DNA of 64,000 nucleotides from an uncultured Actinomycetes bacterium (GCA_963814565.1 CAWFDO010000012.1:437-64436); one strand, 5' to 3'; positions 35,495-46,709 are shown, counted from the first letter of the stretch. Program-made: numbers and translations. Notes: a model not told the origin generated them from the sequence alone.

Positions 35495-36155
35495 ATGACG
35501 GCGGCGTTGTCCATCTCGGCCGATGAGGCCGTGAGCGTCGTCCGCTCGGGCGACATCGTCATGGTGGGCGGCTTCGGGCTCGTCGGCGCACCGTTGACGC
35601 TGATCGATGCGCTCGTCGACCACTCGGACGCGACCGACCTGACGATCGTCTCGAACAACATCGGCGAGCCGGGGCGCGGGCTCGGCAAGCTCCTGCGCCA
35701 GGGACGGATCCGCCGCGGCATCTCGTCGTACTTCACGTCGAACCCCGAGGCGGTCGCGGCGGTGAACGCCGGCGAGATCGAGGCGACGCTCGTGCCCACA
35801 GGGGACGTTCGCGGAGGCGATCCGCGCCGGTGGCGCGGGCATCGGCGGCTTCTACACGCCGGTCGGTGCCGGCACGCTGCTCGCCGAGGGCAAGGAGGAG
35901 CGCGTCATCGACGGTGTCCGTCACGTCCTCGAAAAGCCGATCCGGGCCGATGTCGCCCTCGTCTATGCGGCTCGCGCCGACGAGCTCGGGAACCTCTGGT
36001 ACCGGCGAACGGCGCGAAACTTCAATCCGCTGATGGCGACCGCGGCGACGGTCACGATCGCGGAGGCCGGCGAGATCGTCCCCGTCGGCGGGCTCGAGCC
36101 GGAGTCGGTCGTGACGCCACACCTGTACGTCGACCGCCTGGTGGCCGCGGCGTGA
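35495..36155 (+). CDS. pcaI: 3-oxoadipate CoA-transferase subunit A; one frameshift
   Basis: MVGGFGLVGAP; SNNIG; AEAIRAGGAGIGGFYTPVG; TARNFNPLMA. Confidence 0.82.
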
Positions 36156-36811
36156 CCAACGACGTGAAGGCGCGGATCGCCGAGCGCGCGGCCCGGGAGC
36201 TCTGCCCGGGTGAGGTGGTGAACCTCGGGATCGGCATCCCGAACCTCATCCCGGAGTTCCTCGGGCCCGAATCGGGTGTGGTGCTCCACACGGAGAACGG
36301 GCTGCTCGGCGTCGGGCCACGACCGGAGGGCGCCGAGATCGACCCGGACCTGATCGATGCGGCGAAGCTGCCGATCACGGCGCTACCGGGCGCGGCGTAC
36401 TTCGACAGCGCCCAGAGCTTCGCCATGATCCGAGGCGGCCACATCGACGTCGCGGTGCTCGGGGCGCTCGAGGTGAGCGCCGCCGGCGACATCGCGAACT
36501 GGGCCGTCCCCGGAAGGGATGTTCTCGGCGTGGGCGGCGCAATGGACCTCGTCGTCGGCGCGCGACGCGTCATCGTGACGATGACAGCCGTTTCTTCGCG
36601 CGGCGAGCCGAAGGTCGTCGCCGAGTGCAGCTACCCGCTGACGGCGGCGGGCGCAGCGGACGTGATCGTCACGGAGCTCTCCGTGTTCCGGCGCGCGGAC
36701 GGCGAGCTCCGCCTGACCGAGCTCCTGGGCGAGGCGACCGTCGACGACGTGACCGAAGTGACCGGGGCGCCGTTCGTCGTCGCCCTCGAGGAGAGCCGTG
36801 CAGCTCGATGA
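36152..36811 (+). CDS. pcaJ: 3-oxoadipate CoA-transferase subunit B
   Basis: VNLGIGIP; HTENG catalytic Glu; GGHIDVAVLGA; GVGGAMDLV. Confidence 0.85.
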   Translation: MTNDVKARIAERAARELCPGEVVNLGIGIPNLIPEFLGPESGVVLHTENGLLGVGPRPEGAEIDPDLIDAAKLPITALPGAAYFDSAQSFAMIRGGHIDVAVLGALEVSAAGDIANWAVPGRDVLGVGGAMDLVVGARRVIVTMTAVSSRGEPKVVAECSYPLTAAGAADVIVTELSVFRRADGELRLTELLGEATVDDVTEVTGAPFVVALEESRAAR

Positions 36812-37526
36812 GAGGCACTTCGCCGAGGTCGACGACTCCACACGCGCCGGCGACGACCCACCGAACGATCAACCGGACTACGTCGGCACCCGGCTCCGAG
36901 CGCCAAAGCAGCCACTGGTGATCCTCCCGTCGACCGAGACGGAGCTCACCGGCCCGGCGTACGGCGAGTCCGCCGTCGAGCCGTTCGACGCCGACCTCAC
37001 GCGCCAGCACGCCGGCGAGCCGCTCGGGCAGCGGATCGTCGTCGAGGGACGCGTCCTCGGTAGCGACGGGAAGCCTCTCCCCGGCCAGCTCGTCGAGATC
37101 TGGCAGGCGAACGCAGCGGGCCGCTACCTCCATACGGTCGACACCCATGACGCGCCGCTCGACCCGAACTTCTCGGGCGCGGGGCGATGCCTGACGGACG
37201 ACGATGGCAGGTACCGGTTCGTCACGATCAAGCCGGGGATCTACCCGTGGGGGAACCACCCGAACGCGTGGCGACCCGCGCACATCCACTTCTCGCTCTT
37301 CGGCCGTGCCTTCACCGAGCGCCTGATCACGCAGATGTACTTCCCGGACGATCCGCTCTTCCCGTTCGACCCGATCTTCAACTCGGTGCGGGACGAGGCG
37401 GCGCGCAAACGCCTCGTGAGCAGCTTCGACCTGGAGCTGACCCAGCCCGACCAGGCACTCGGGTTCCGCTGGGACATCGTCCTCGGCGGACGGGAGGCGA
37501 CGCCGCTCGAGGAGCCGCATACATGA
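36798..37526 (+). CDS. pcaH: Protocatechuate 3,4-dioxygenase beta subunit
   Basis: EIWQANAAGRY; KPGIYPWGNHPNAWRPAHIHFS; TQMYFPDDPL. Confidence 0.96.
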   Translation: MQLDERHFAEVDDSTRAGDDPPNDQPDYVGTRLRAPKQPLVILPSTETELTGPAYGESAVEPFDADLTRQHAGEPLGQRIVVEGRVLGSDGKPLPGQLVEIWQANAAGRYLHTVDTHDAPLDPNFSGAGRCLTDDDGRYRFVTIKPGIYPWGNHPNAWRPAHIHFSLFGRAFTERLITQMYFPDDPLFPFDPIFNSVRDEAARKRLVSSFDLELTQPDQALGFRWDIVLGGREATPLEEPHT

Positions 37527-38062
37527 CTGACGCACTCGGCCTGACCCCCTCCCAGACCGCGGGGCCGTACCTCTCGATCGGGCTTCTGCGAGAGCTCGTG
37601 CCGACACACCTCGTCGAGCCGGACGCCCCCCGGGCGATTCGCATCCGCGGGCGCCTCCTCGACGGCGCGGGCGAGCCGGTCCCGGACGGGCTGGTCGAGA
37701 TCTGGCAGGCGGATGAGGCAGGCCTCTACGGGACCGCGGGATTCCCGGGATTCGGCCGCTCGGGGACGGCCGACGCGGGCCGGTTCGAGTTCGTCACGGT
37801 GAAGCCCGGGCGCGTCGCCTGGCCGCAGGGCGGCGCCCAGGCGCCGCACATCGCCGTCGGGATCTTCGCGCGCGGCCTGTTGAAGCGCGTCGTCACGCGC
37901 CTCTACTTCCCCGACGAGGCCGAGGCGAACGACGGCGATCCGGTGCTCGCGCGCCTGACCCCTGCCCAGCGCAAGACGCTCATCGCGGTGCCGGACGGCG
38001 ACGACCTCGTGTTCGACATCCATTTGCAGGGCGCCGTACAAACGACATTCTTCGCGGTGTGA
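37523..38062 (+). CDS. pcaG: Protocatechuate 3,4-dioxygenase alpha subunit
   Basis: TPSQTAGPYL; APHIAVGIFARGLLK; FDIHLQG. Confidence 0.95.
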   Translation: MTDALGLTPSQTAGPYLSIGLLRELVPTHLVEPDAPRAIRIRGRLLDGAGEPVPDGLVEIWQADEAGLYGTAGFPGFGRSGTADAGRFEFVTVKPGRVAWPQGGAQAPHIAVGIFARGLLKRVVTRLYFPDEAEANDGDPVLARLTPAQRKTLIAVPDGDDLVFDIHLQGAVQTTFFAV

Positions 38063-39393
38063 CCGCCTTCGCAGCGCTGTACGTCCCCGCGGAGCTCGCG
38101 GATGCCGTCTCCGGCCGAGCGTGGCTCGCTGCCATGCTGGAGGCCGAGCGCGCGCTTGCCGCGGCGGGGGCCGCCGCGGGTGCGGTGCCGGCCGACGCCG
38201 CGGTGAGGATCACCGACGCTTGCTCGGCAGACGGGTTCGACTGGGAGCGGCTCCTCGCGGAGGGGCGCGCAGCCGGAACCCCGGCGGAGCCGCTCGTGCG
38301 CGCGCTCGTCGAGCGGGTCGGCGAGGACGCGGGACGCTACGTCCATCTCGGGGCGACCAGTCAGGACATCGTGGACACGGCGGCCATGCTCGTGGCGCGC
38401 CGTGGGCTGGAGCTCGTGCTGCGCGACCTCGACCGCGTCGCCGCTGCGTGCGCGGGGCTCGCGCGGGAGCATCGCGACACGCCGATGGCCGGGAGGACGA
38501 TGCTGCAGCACGCGGTCCCGACGACGTTCGGGCTCAAGACCGCCGGCTGGCTCGAGGCCGTCCTCGACGCGCGCGCGCGGCTGGCGGACGTTCGCGCCAA
38601 CAGGCTCGCCGCACAGCTGGGCGGCGCCGCCGGCACGCTCGCGGCCCTGGGCGAGCACGGCCTCGAGGTAGCGGCTCTCTACGCCCGGGAGCTCGGCCTC
38701 GTCGAGCCAATCCTGCCCTGGCACACGAACCGCACGCGGATCGCCGAGCTCGGCGCGGCCCTCGCGCTCGTCTGCGGGGTCGTCTCCAAGGTCGGCCTCG
38801 ATCTGCAGCTTCTCGCCCAGACCGAGGTCGCCGAGGTGCGGGTCGGAGGAGAACGGGGCGGGTCTTCCGCGATGCCCCACAAGCAGAACCCCGTGGAGGC
38901 GATGTGGGCGCGGGCGGCCGCCGAGCTCGGCCGCGCCCAGGCAGCCGTCCTCACCGGTGCGCTCGTCGCGGAGCACGAGCGTCCCGGAGGGGCGTGGCAG
39001 GCGGAGTGGGATGCGCTGTCCGGCTCGCTCGCCGCCACGGGCGGCGCCGCGTCGGCGCTCGCGAGCGCCCTCGAAGGTCTCGAGGTCGACGCCGAGCGCA
39101 TGCGCGCCAACCTCGACCTCACGGGCGGCCGGATCGCGTCCGAGCGGCTCGCCGTCCTCCTTACCGAGCGCCTGGGCCGTGACGAGGCCCGCGCCCTGGT
39201 CCGAGATGCGTCGCTGCGCGCCGCCGTGAAGGGCGACACGCTCGAGGACGCGCTCTCCGACACGGAGACGGGCCTCGACGAGTCCGAGCTCGCCGCTGCG
39301 CTCGATCCCACGACGTACCTGGGCTCGGCCGGGCCCCTCGTCGACCGTGCGCTCGACCGTTATGCGAGCGAGAGAGGGAAGGAGCCCGAGTGA
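38059..39393 (+). CDS. pcaB: 3-carboxy-cis,cis-muconate cycloisomerase
   Basis: [14 protein letters not shown]; [11 protein letters not shown]; [13 protein letters not shown]. Confidence 0.92.
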   Translation: MTAFAALYVPAELADAVSGRAWLAAMLEAERALAAAGAAAGAVPADAAVRITDACSADGFDWERLLAEGRAAGTPAEPLVRALVERVGEDAGRYVHLGATSQDIVDTAAMLVARRGLELVLRDLDRVAAACAGLAREHRDTPMAGRTMLQHAVPTTFGLKTAGWLEAVLDARARLADVRANRLAAQLGGAAGTLAALGEHGLEVAALYARELGLVEPILPWHTNRTRIAELGAALALVCGVVSKVGLDLQLLAQTEVAEVRVGGERGGSSAMPHKQNPVEAMWARAAAELGRAQAAVLTGALVAEHERPGGAWQAEWDALSGSLAATGGAASALASALEGLEVDAERMRANLDLTGGRIASERLAVLLTERLGRDEARALVRDASLRAAVKGDTLEDALSDTETGLDESELAAALDPTTYLGSAGPLVDRALDRYASERGKEPE

Positions 39394-39776
39394 GCGAGAG
39401 CCGCGAGGAGTCGCACGCGCGAGGGATGGAGGTACGGCGCGAGGTGCTCGGCGATGCGCACGTCGATCGCGCCGTCGAGCGGACGACGCCGTTCACCGAG
39501 GACTTCCAGGACCTGATCACGCGGTACGCCTGGGGGGAGATCTGGTCACGGCCGGGGCTCGACCGCCGGACGAGGAGCGCGATCACGTTGACGGCGCTCG
39601 TCGCGCTCGGTCGCGAGCACGAGCTCGAGATGCATGTCCGCGCGGCTCTCCGGAACGGGCTGACCCCGGACGAGATCGCAGAGGTGCTCCTCCAGTGCGC
39701 CGTCTACTGCGGGGTGCCTGCGGCCAACGGCGCGTTCGCGATCGCGCAGCGGGTGATCGACGAGTCGGGCACATGA
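39390..39776 (+). CDS. pcaC: 4-carboxymuconolactone decarboxylase (stand-alone)
   Basis: [14 protein letters not shown]; [12 protein letters not shown]; [10 protein letters not shown]. Confidence 0.95.
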   Translation: MSESREESHARGMEVRREVLGDAHVDRAVERTTPFTEDFQDLITRYAWGEIWSRPGLDRRTRSAITLTALVALGREHELEMHVRAALRNGLTPDEIAEVLLQCAVYCGVPAANGAFAIAQRVIDESGT

Positions 39777-40954
39777 CGCGCGCCGTCGTGCTCTCGGCCG
39801 TCCGGACGCCCGTCGGACGCTACGGGGGCGGCCTCGCGGAGGTGCGCCCGGACGATCTCGCAGCCGTCGCCGTCGCCGCCGCGGTCGAACGCGCCGGCGT
39901 CCCGGCCACGGAGATCGAGGACGTGTGGCTCGGGTGCGCGAACCAGGCCGGGGAGGACAACCGGAACGTCGCCCGGTTCGCGGCGCTGCTCGCGGGTCTT
40001 CCCGATTCCGTCGCCGGGGTGACCGTCAACCGCCTGTGTGCCTCCGGGCTCTCCGCGGTGGTCGGCGCGTGCCACGCGGTGATCGCGGGCGACGGCGACC
40101 TGTTCGTCGCGGGCGGCGTGGAGTCGATGACGCGCGCGCCGCTCGTCACGGCGAAGCCCGACGTCGCTTTCGGCCGCGGGAACCGCACCCTGTTCGACAC
40201 GACGCTCGGCTGGCGGTTCACGAACCCGCGATACGAGGAGCGCCACTCGAGCGAGTCGATGGGGGAGACGGGCGAGAACGTCGCCGACCGCTGGCGGGTG
40301 AGTCGTGACGACCAGGACGCGTTCGCGCTGCGCTCGCAGGAGCGCTGGGCCGCCGCGCATGCCGAGGGACGCTTCGCGGACGAGCTCGTTCCCGCCGGCG
40401 AGCTCACGTCGGACGAGCATCCGCGTCCCGAGACGACCGCCGAGAAGCTCGCCTCCCTGAAGCCCGCGTTCCGGCGCGACGGGACCGTGACCGCGGGCAA
40501 CGCCAGCGGCATCAACGACGGCGCGGCCGCGCTGGTGATCGCCAGCGAGGACCGTGCCCGCTCGCTCGGCGTCGAGCCGCTCGGCACGTTCGTGGGCTCC
40601 GCGGTCGCCGGCGTCGATCCCGCGGTCATGGGGATCGGCCCGGTCCCGGCCGTCCGCAAGCTGCTCGAGCGGACAGGGATCGCGGTCGGCGACGTCGACC
40701 TCGTCGAGCTGAACGAGGCGTTCGCCTCGCAGTCGCTCGCCGTCGTGCGAGAGCTCGGGATCGACGAGGACCGCGTCAACGTCAACGGCGGCGCGATCGC
40801 AATCGGCCACCCACTCGGGATGAGCGGCGCGCGGCTCGTCGTCACGCTCCTCCACGAGCTGCGGCGGCGGGAAGGCCGGTACGGCCTGGCCACGATGTGC
40901 GTCGGCGTGGGGCAAGGGCAGGCGGCGCTCTTCGAGCGCAGCGGTCCGGCGTGA
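39773..40954 (+). CDS. pcaF: 3-oxoadipyl-CoA thiolase
   Basis: [15 protein letters not shown]; NRLCASG; NEAF; GHPLGMSG; CVGVGQG. Confidence 0.88.
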   Translation: MTRAVVLSAVRTPVGRYGGGLAEVRPDDLAAVAVAAAVERAGVPATEIEDVWLGCANQAGEDNRNVARFAALLAGLPDSVAGVTVNRLCASGLSAVVGACHAVIAGDGDLFVAGGVESMTRAPLVTAKPDVAFGRGNRTLFDTTLGWRFTNPRYEERHSSESMGETGENVADRWRVSRDDQDAFALRSQERWAAAHAEGRFADELVPAGELTSDEHPRPETTAEKLASLKPAFRRDGTVTAGNASGINDGAAALVIASEDRARSLGVEPLGTFVGSAVAGVDPAVMGIGPVPAVRKLLERTGIAVGDVDLVELNEAFASQSLAVVRELGIDEDRVNVNGGAIAIGHPLGMSGARLVVTLLHELRRREGRYGLATMCVGVGQGQAALFERSGPA

Positions 40955-42123
40955 CGCGGACGCAGGTCGGGATCGTCGGCGCCGGTCCCGCGGGGCTCAC
41001 GCTGGGGCACCTCCTCCATCGCGAGGGAATCGACTCGGTGATCCTCGAGCGCCGGAGCCGAGAGTACGTCGAGGCGCGGATCCGCGCCGGGGTGCTCGAG
41101 CACGACGTCGCCGAGCTCTTCGACCGGGCGGGCGTCGGGGAGCGGATGCGACGAGAGGGCCTCGTCCACACGGGGGTCGAGCTCCAGTCGGGGCGTGAGC
41201 GGCACCGGATCGCCTTCGACGAGCTGACCGGGAGGTCGATCGTCGTCTACGGGCAGACCGAGGTGGTCAAGGATCTGATCGCGGCACGGCTGGAGAGCGG
41301 CCGCCCGCTCCACTTCGAGGTGGCCGGTGTCTCGCTGCACGACCTGGACGGCGGCCCAGCGAAGATCCGCTACGAGGAGGCAGGGGAGGACCACGAGCTC
41401 GAGTGCGACGTCGTCGCGGGCTGTGACGGGTTCCACGGCGTCTCCCGCTCGAGCGTTCCAGCCGGCGTCCTCCGCGAGCACACGCGGGAGTACCCCTACG
41501 GCTGGCTCGGGATCCTCGCCGGCGTCCGCCCGTCTCACGATGAGCTGATCTACGCGCACACCGAGCGCGGCTTTGCGCTCCTCAGCATGCGCTCGCCGGA
41601 GATCTCGCGCCTGTACCTCCAGTGCGCCCCGGACGAGGACCTCGAGGAGTGGCCCGACGAGCGAATCTGGGAGGAGCTTCAGGCCCGGCTCGGCGTCGAC
41701 GGGTGGACGCTCCACGAGGGGCCGATGCTCGAGAAGGCGGTCACGCCGATGCGCAGCTTCGTCGTCGAGCCGATGCAGTGGGGGCGCCTGTTTCTCGCCG
41801 GCGATGCCGCGCACATCGTGCCGCCGACGGGGGCGAAGGGCCTGAACCTCGCGATCCGTGACGTGAACGTGCTCGCCGAGGCGATCGTCGCGTGGTACCG
41901 GGACGGAACCCGGGAGCTGCTCGATGCGTACTCCCAGACCTGCCTGCGGCGCGTCTGGCGGGCCGAGCACTTCTCCTGGTGGATGACGACGATGCTCCAC
42001 CGCGCCCCGAGCGACGACGACTTCGCGCTGCGGTTGCAGCAGGCGCAGATCCGATACCTCGCCACGTCCCGGGCTGCCGCGACGAGCCTCGCCGAGAACT
42101 ACGTCGGCATCGAGCGGGTCTGA
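40951..42123 (+). CDS. pobA: 4-hydroxybenzoate 3-monooxygenase
   Basis: [10 protein letters not shown]; RIRAGVLE; VYGQTEV; [18 protein letters not shown]; LAENYVG. Confidence 0.96.
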   Translation: MTRTQVGIVGAGPAGLTLGHLLHREGIDSVILERRSREYVEARIRAGVLEHDVAELFDRAGVGERMRREGLVHTGVELQSGRERHRIAFDELTGRSIVVYGQTEVVKDLIAARLESGRPLHFEVAGVSLHDLDGGPAKIRYEEAGEDHELECDVVAGCDGFHGVSRSSVPAGVLREHTREYPYGWLGILAGVRPSHDELIYAHTERGFALLSMRSPEISRLYLQCAPDEDLEEWPDERIWEELQARLGVDGWTLHEGPMLEKAVTPMRSFVVEPMQWGRLFLAGDAAHIVPPTGAKGLNLAIRDVNVLAEAIVAWYRDGTRELLDAYSQTCLRRVWRAEHFSWWMTTMLHRAPSDDDFALRLQQAQIRYLATSRAAATSLAENYVGIERV

Positions 42124-42158
42124 GCGACGCAGCCGAGCGCGCCCCACGCGCCCGGCGC

Positions 42159-42175
42159 TGACACGACAGTAGGAT
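42159..42175 (+). promoter_or_regulatory. Leaderless promoter (TAGGAT) preceded by degenerate operator TGACACGACA
   Basis: 8/10 match to TGACATGTCA at 42159-42168; -10 at 42170-42175, 6 nt before GTG 42182. Confidence 0.5.
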
Positions 42176-42181
42176 CGACGC

Positions 42182-43349
42182 GTGGCCTGGGCTCGCGACG
42201 ACGCCAAGCTCGATCGTGTTCGCGCGCTCATGGGAGAGCAGGGGATGGATGCGATCGTCGCCCGTGCTCCCGACAACGTCCTCTATCTGACGAACTTCTG
42301 GGGCATGAAGGGATTCGACGCCGTCCTCTTCCCGCGCGAGGGCGAGCCGACCCTCTTCTGCCTCGAGGCGTCGGCGGAGGACGCCGGCCGGACTGCCTGG
42401 ACCTCCGACGTGCGCCTGGTCGAGGGGTATCGCGCGGACGATCCGCGGCCACCGGCGCTGCGGACGCTCGAGCGCGCCGCCGAGGCGGCGCGCGAGCACG
42501 CCGTCGTCGGGGTCGAGCTCTCGCTCGGCACGCAGGCGTCGGACCGGATGGTCGGCGAGCCGACGACGTACACAAAGGGCTGGTTCGACGCGTTCCCGGA
42601 GGCGGTCGACGCGACGCCGCTGCTCGCGGCGGCCCGCGCGCTCAAGACCCCGCAGGAGGTGGAGCGGATGCGGCTCGCGAACGACATCGCGGCCGCGGCG
42701 ATGGACCACGTCGTCGGCGTCATCCGCCCCGGCACGACCGAGGCGCAGATCGCGTCCGAGTGGCTGGGCTTCGTCCACGGCGAGGGGACGGGCTGGGCCG
42801 GGAAGGTCGATCTCGCGCTCGGGTTCTCGCTCGTCTGGGCCGGGCCGGGGATCAAGACGTTCACCGCGACGAGCAACCGGCCGGTCGTCGAAGGGGAGCC
42901 GACGCTCTTCGAGATCTGGGTCTGCGCCGACGGCTACTGGTGCGACCACACGAAGAACGTCGTCGTCGGTGAGCTGACGAGCGCCGTACCGCGAGCTCGA
43001 GGCCGGCCTGACCGAGGTCTACGACGCCGCGGTCGCCCACTGCACAGCCGGGCGCGAGCCTCGCCGAGCTCGACCGGCTCGTCCGTGACGGGGTCGCAGG
43101 GAATCGGCTACCCGGGCCAGCCGTCGCACCCGATCTGCCACGGCGTCGGTGCGCAGGGCGCACGAGCCGCCGTACGCGCACCAGGCCGGCGGCGGCACGG
43201 TCGAGGCGGGCATGGTGCTTGCAATCGAGCCAGGATGCTACTGGGACGGGGGAGGCGGCCTCCGGCTCGAGGACAACTGGCTGATCACCGACGAGGCGCC
43301 GGAGAAGCTCTGCTCGTTCGCGGACGGCATCGTTCAGGCGGGAGCATGA
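42182..43349 (+). CDS. M24 (Xaa-Pro peptidase/creatinase-fold) hydrolase, frameshifted
   Basis: DNVLYLTNF; [13 protein letters not shown]; GYWCDHTK; CHGVG..HEPP; AIEPG; RLEDN. Confidence 0.85.
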
Positions 43350-44536
43350 TCGACCGCTCGAAGATCTGGACCGGGGACATCAACCGGCTGGCGCTCGACC
43401 CGCAGCCGCCCGTCACGGTGGGCCTGTACGACACGACGCTCCGCGACGGCGAGCAGACGATCGGCGTCGTCCTGACACCCGAGGAGAAGCTCGAGATCGC
43501 CCGGGCGCTCGACGCGGCCGGCGTCGACCGCATCGAGGCAGGCTTCCCACGCGTCTCCGAGGACGACTTCCGTGCCGTCGAGCTGATCGCCGGCGCCGGC
43601 CTCGAGGCAGAGGTCTGGGGGTTCTCGCGCGCCGTGCAGGCGGACGTCGACGCGCTCGTCGAGCTCGGCGTCCGCGCGTCGGTGATCGAGAGCCCCATCT
43701 CCGACGGCAAGCTCGCGGCGCTCGGCGTCTCGCGGGAGACGATGCTCGAGCGCATCCGGAGCGCCGTCTCCTTCGCGTCCGAGAACGGGATCCACGTCGC
43801 CTTCTTCGGCGTCGACTCTTCCCGCGCCGACCTCGTGTTCTTCGACCGCGCGTACGCCGCCGCGGTCGAGGCCGGGGCGGCGGAGATCGTCGTCGTCGAC
43901 ACGCTCGGCATCGCGACGCCGGAGGCGGCGGCGCTTCTCGTCTCCCGGGCGCTCGATCGCCTCGACGTCCCCGTCCACTGGCACGGGCACGACGACTTCG
44001 GCCTCGGCACGGCGGCCGCGATCGCGGCCGTCCAGGCCGGCGCAACATGGGTCCAGGGCACGGTGAACGGTATGGGCGAGCGGGCCGGGAACGCCGACCT
44101 CGTCGAGGTCGCGCTGGCCCTGGAGGCGCTGTACGGGATCCCGACGCGCCTCGACCTGACGCACGCGCGCGTGCTGTCCCGCCTCGTCGCCGAGAAGGCC
44201 GGAACACCGCTGCCGCCGTGGAAGGCGGTGACCGGCGAGGCGCTCTTCACCCGCGAGTCGGGTGCGGTCGCAGCACAGTTCCACGACCCGCCGGCGATCG
44301 AGCCCTACGCGTCGGAGCTCGTCGGGGCCGAGCGCGGCATCGTGCTCGGCAAGAAGAGCGGTATCGACTCGATCCGGATCGCGGTCGAGCGGCTCGGCCT
44401 GGACGTCCCGGCCGACAAGCACGCGGAGCTCCTCGCGGCGGTCAAGGCGCTTGGCACGAGGCACCAGCGCCTCATCACGGACGCGGAGTTACGACGGCTC
44501 GCGAAGAAGACGAGAGGAGGCACCAATGGCACGTGA
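43346..44536 (+). CDS. DRE-TIM metallolyase (homocitrate/isopropylmalate synthase-like, no regulatory domain)
   Basis: YDTTLRDGEQ; HWHGHDDFGLG; VNGMGERAGNAD; VLGKKSG. Confidence 0.88.
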   Translation: MIDRSKIWTGDINRLALDPQPPVTVGLYDTTLRDGEQTIGVVLTPEEKLEIARALDAAGVDRIEAGFPRVSEDDFRAVELIAGAGLEAEVWGFSRAVQADVDALVELGVRASVIESPISDGKLAALGVSRETMLERIRSAVSFASENGIHVAFFGVDSSRADLVFFDRAYAAAVEAGAAEIVVVDTLGIATPEAAALLVSRALDRLDVPVHWHGHDDFGLGTAAAIAAVQAGATWVQGTVNGMGERAGNADLVEVALALEALYGIPTRLDLTHARVLSRLVAEKAGTPLPPWKAVTGEALFTRESGAVAAQFHDPPAIEPYASELVGAERGIVLGKKSGIDSIRIAVERLGLDVPADKHAELLAAVKALGTRHQRLITDAELRRLAKKTRGGTNGT

Positions 44537-44915
44537 GCTCTCGAACCCGACCGATCTCCATCCCGCGCCCGGGTTCAGTCACATCGCGATCGCGGAAGGG
44601 ACGCGCGTCGTCCACTTCGCCGGGCAGCTCGGCCTCGAGACGGACTTCTCGCTCGCCGCCGAGGATCTCCGCGGGCAGACGGTGAAGGCGATGCGGAACG
44701 TCGAGATCGCGACCCGCGCCGCCGGCGTCGGCTGGGACGACATCGTGCGCCGGACGATCTACACGCTCCACCCGACCGAGTACGAGGTGATCACGAGCGC
44801 GATCGACGAGGTGACGGGAGGCGCCGACCATCCCGCGCAGACGATCGTCGGCGTGACGGGGCTGGCGGTGCCCGGCTGCCTGATCGAGATCGAGTGCACG
44901 GCCGTCGTCGGCTGA
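44526..44915 (+). CDS. RidA/YjgF family protein
   Basis: GFSHIA; HFAGQL; GVTGLAVPGCLIEIE. Confidence 0.88.
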   Translation: MARELSNPTDLHPAPGFSHIAIAEGTRVVHFAGQLGLETDFSLAAEDLRGQTVKAMRNVEIATRAAGVGWDDIVRRTIYTLHPTEYEVITSAIDEVTGGADHPAQTIVGVTGLAVPGCLIEIECTAVVG

Positions 44916-44926
44916 CGCCGCCCGCA

Positions 44927-45502
44927 ATGCAGACGATCGACCGGCAGTCCTTCTTCGACGTGATGGCCTCGTTCCCGTCCGGCGTGGCCATCGTCACCAC
45001 GGTCACCGCGGACGGAGCGCCCCGCGGGCTGACGACGACGGCCGTCTGCAGCGTCTCGGCCGAGCCGCCGACGATCCTCGTCTGCGTCGACCTCGCGTCA
45101 CGCACGCTCGCGGCGCTGCGGGCCAGCGGCCGGTTCGCGGTCAACTTCATGGGCGAGGGCCGCAGTGAGCTCTGCCTCCTCTTCGCGTCGAAGGCCGAGG
45201 ACAAGTTCGCCCACGTCACGTGGCGGCCGACCCCGTCCGGCATGCCGCTTCTCGCGAACGACGTGCTCGCCTGGGCCGACTGCGCGACGATGCAGGAGCT
45301 GCAGGTGGGAGACCACGTGGTGCTCGTCGCGCGCGTCGAAGCGGGAGGGGTGCAGCCCGAGCTCGAGCCGCCGCTCATGTACTACCGGCGGTCGTGGGGC
45401 GTCTGGTCGCCGGCGCACGACGCGAGCGAGGCCGACCCGGTCTCGATCCCCGCGATCGAGGTCAGCGGGCGCGACGTCCAGTGGCAGGGGGCGGAGTACT
45501 AG
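44927..45502 (+). CDS. Flavin reductase (HpaC/DIM6/NTAB family)
   Basis: MASFPSGVAIVTT; SVSAEPPTILVC; GDHVVLV; PLMYYRR. Confidence 0.92.
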   Translation: MQTIDRQSFFDVMASFPSGVAIVTTVTADGAPRGLTTTAVCSVSAEPPTILVCVDLASRTLAALRASGRFAVNFMGEGRSELCLLFASKAEDKFAHVTWRPTPSGMPLLANDVLAWADCATMQELQVGDHVVLVARVEAGGVQPELEPPLMYYRRSWGVWSPAHDASEADPVSIPAIEVSGRDVQWQGAEY

Positions 45503-45556
45503 CGCAGATCCCCGAGGGCGCCCGCTGCGCGGTCGCAACTCCACCTCGACGCCCGA

Positions 45557-45606
45557 TTGACTGTCATGTCAGAGGGGTGGGATACTTCACCACGTTGACA
45601 TGTCAC
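45557..45606 (+). promoter_or_regulatory. Sigma70-type promoter with two operator copies
   Basis: -35 TTGACT 45557-62; TGgGATACT -10 ending 45586; TGTCATGTCA 45562-71 (9/10) and TGACATGTCA 45596-605. Confidence 0.75.
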
Positions 45607-45623
45607 GAGAGGGAGGGCGGTCG

Positions 45624-46709
45624 ATGAGGTTCAGCCTCTACACGGAGATGCAGCTCCACGACGGGAAGACCCCGCAGCAGCTCTATCGCGAGGTCCTCGA
45701 GCAGATCGAGAACGCCGACCGGCTGGGCTACGACTGCTACGCGTCGATCGAGCACTTCTTCTTCCCGAAGTTCTCCATCTCGGCGCATCCGACGGCGCTC
45801 TTCGCCGCCGCGGCGCAGCGGACGAGGACCATCCGCTTCCGGACGATGCTCCACGCGCTCCCCTACTGGAACCCGATGGTGCTGGCGTCGGCGATCGCGG
45901 TGACCGACATCCTCACCGACGGCCGCTACGAGTGGGGGGTGGGTCGCGGGCACGGCTGGATCCCCGAGAAGGCCGGCATCCCGCTGGACGAGCACGCGCG
46001 GCCGCGATACGAGGAGGCGGTCGACCTTCTGTTCACCGCCCTCGGCAACGAGCGCTTCTCCCACAAGGGCGAGTACTTCGAGGTCGCCGACTCGCACGTC
46101 GTGCCGTTCCCTACGCGGAGCTTCCGTGTGTTCCTCGGGGGCACGTCGGACAGGACGTACGAGCTCGCTGCGGAGCACGGCTGGGGCGTCGCCGTGCCGC
46201 CGCTCCTGCCCTACAAGGTGCTCGAGGAGCAGCTCGACCTCTACCGGGCGAAGTGTGTCGAGCACGGCACGACGCCGGACATCGTCTGGATCCACGCGTG
46301 CCACCTCGACGAGGATCGCGAGACGGCGATGCGCGAGGCGCGCGACTGGGTCACCGGCTTCATCTACGGCAACAGCTCGCCGCTGCTCGAGTACGACAAG
46401 CCGGATGCGGAGGCGCTCGGGAAGGCCGGCTACGGCTTCTACGCCGCCGGGATCATGGAGCAGCTCGCCGAGGTGCCGTTCGAGCAGCTCGTCGAGGAGG
46501 ATTACGTCTGGGTCGGGACGCCCGACGACATCGTCGCGCGGATCGCCGAGACTCGCGAGATCTGCCCGGGCATCACCGAGATCGGGATCACGGTCAACGC
46601 CGGCGGCGCGCCGCACTGGATGGCGATCAAGAACCAGGAGCTGTTCGCCTCGTCCGTGAGACCGCGCGTCCAGGCGGCCGAGCCGGTCGAGGCCGCCCAG
46701 GTTGCGTAG
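45624..46709 (+). CDS. Luciferase-like (LuxA-type) flavin-dependent monooxygenase
   Basis: ADRLGYDCYASIEHFF; AAAAQRTRTIRF; DILTDGRYEWGVGRG; VGTPDDI. Confidence 0.9.
   Translation: MRFSLYTEMQLHDGKTPQQLYREVLEQIENADRLGYDCYASIEHFFFPKFSISAHPTALFAAAAQRTRTIRFRTMLHALPYWNPMVLASAIAVTDILTDGRYEWGVGRGHGWIPEKAGIPLDEHARPRYEEAVDLLFTALGNERFSHKGEYFEVADSHVVPFPTRSFRVFLGGTSDRTYELAAEHGWGVAVPPLLPYKVLEEQLDLYRAKCVEHGTTPDIVWIHACHLDEDRETAMREARDWVTGFIYGNSSPLLEYDKPDAEALGKAGYGFYAAGIMEQLAEVPFEQLVEEDYVWVGTPDDIVARIAETREICPGITEIGITVNAGGAPHWMAIKNQELFASSVRPRVQAAEPVEAAQVA

Noticed and set aside
35495-36811. Fused PcaI-PcaJ CoA transferase
   Set aside because: Single frameshift near 35800; a GTGA junction at 36152-36155 separates the subunits
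42182-44536. 784-aa M24/DRE-TIM fusion
   Set aside because: Frameshift artefact; the M24 C-terminus ends at 43349 in an ATGA overlap
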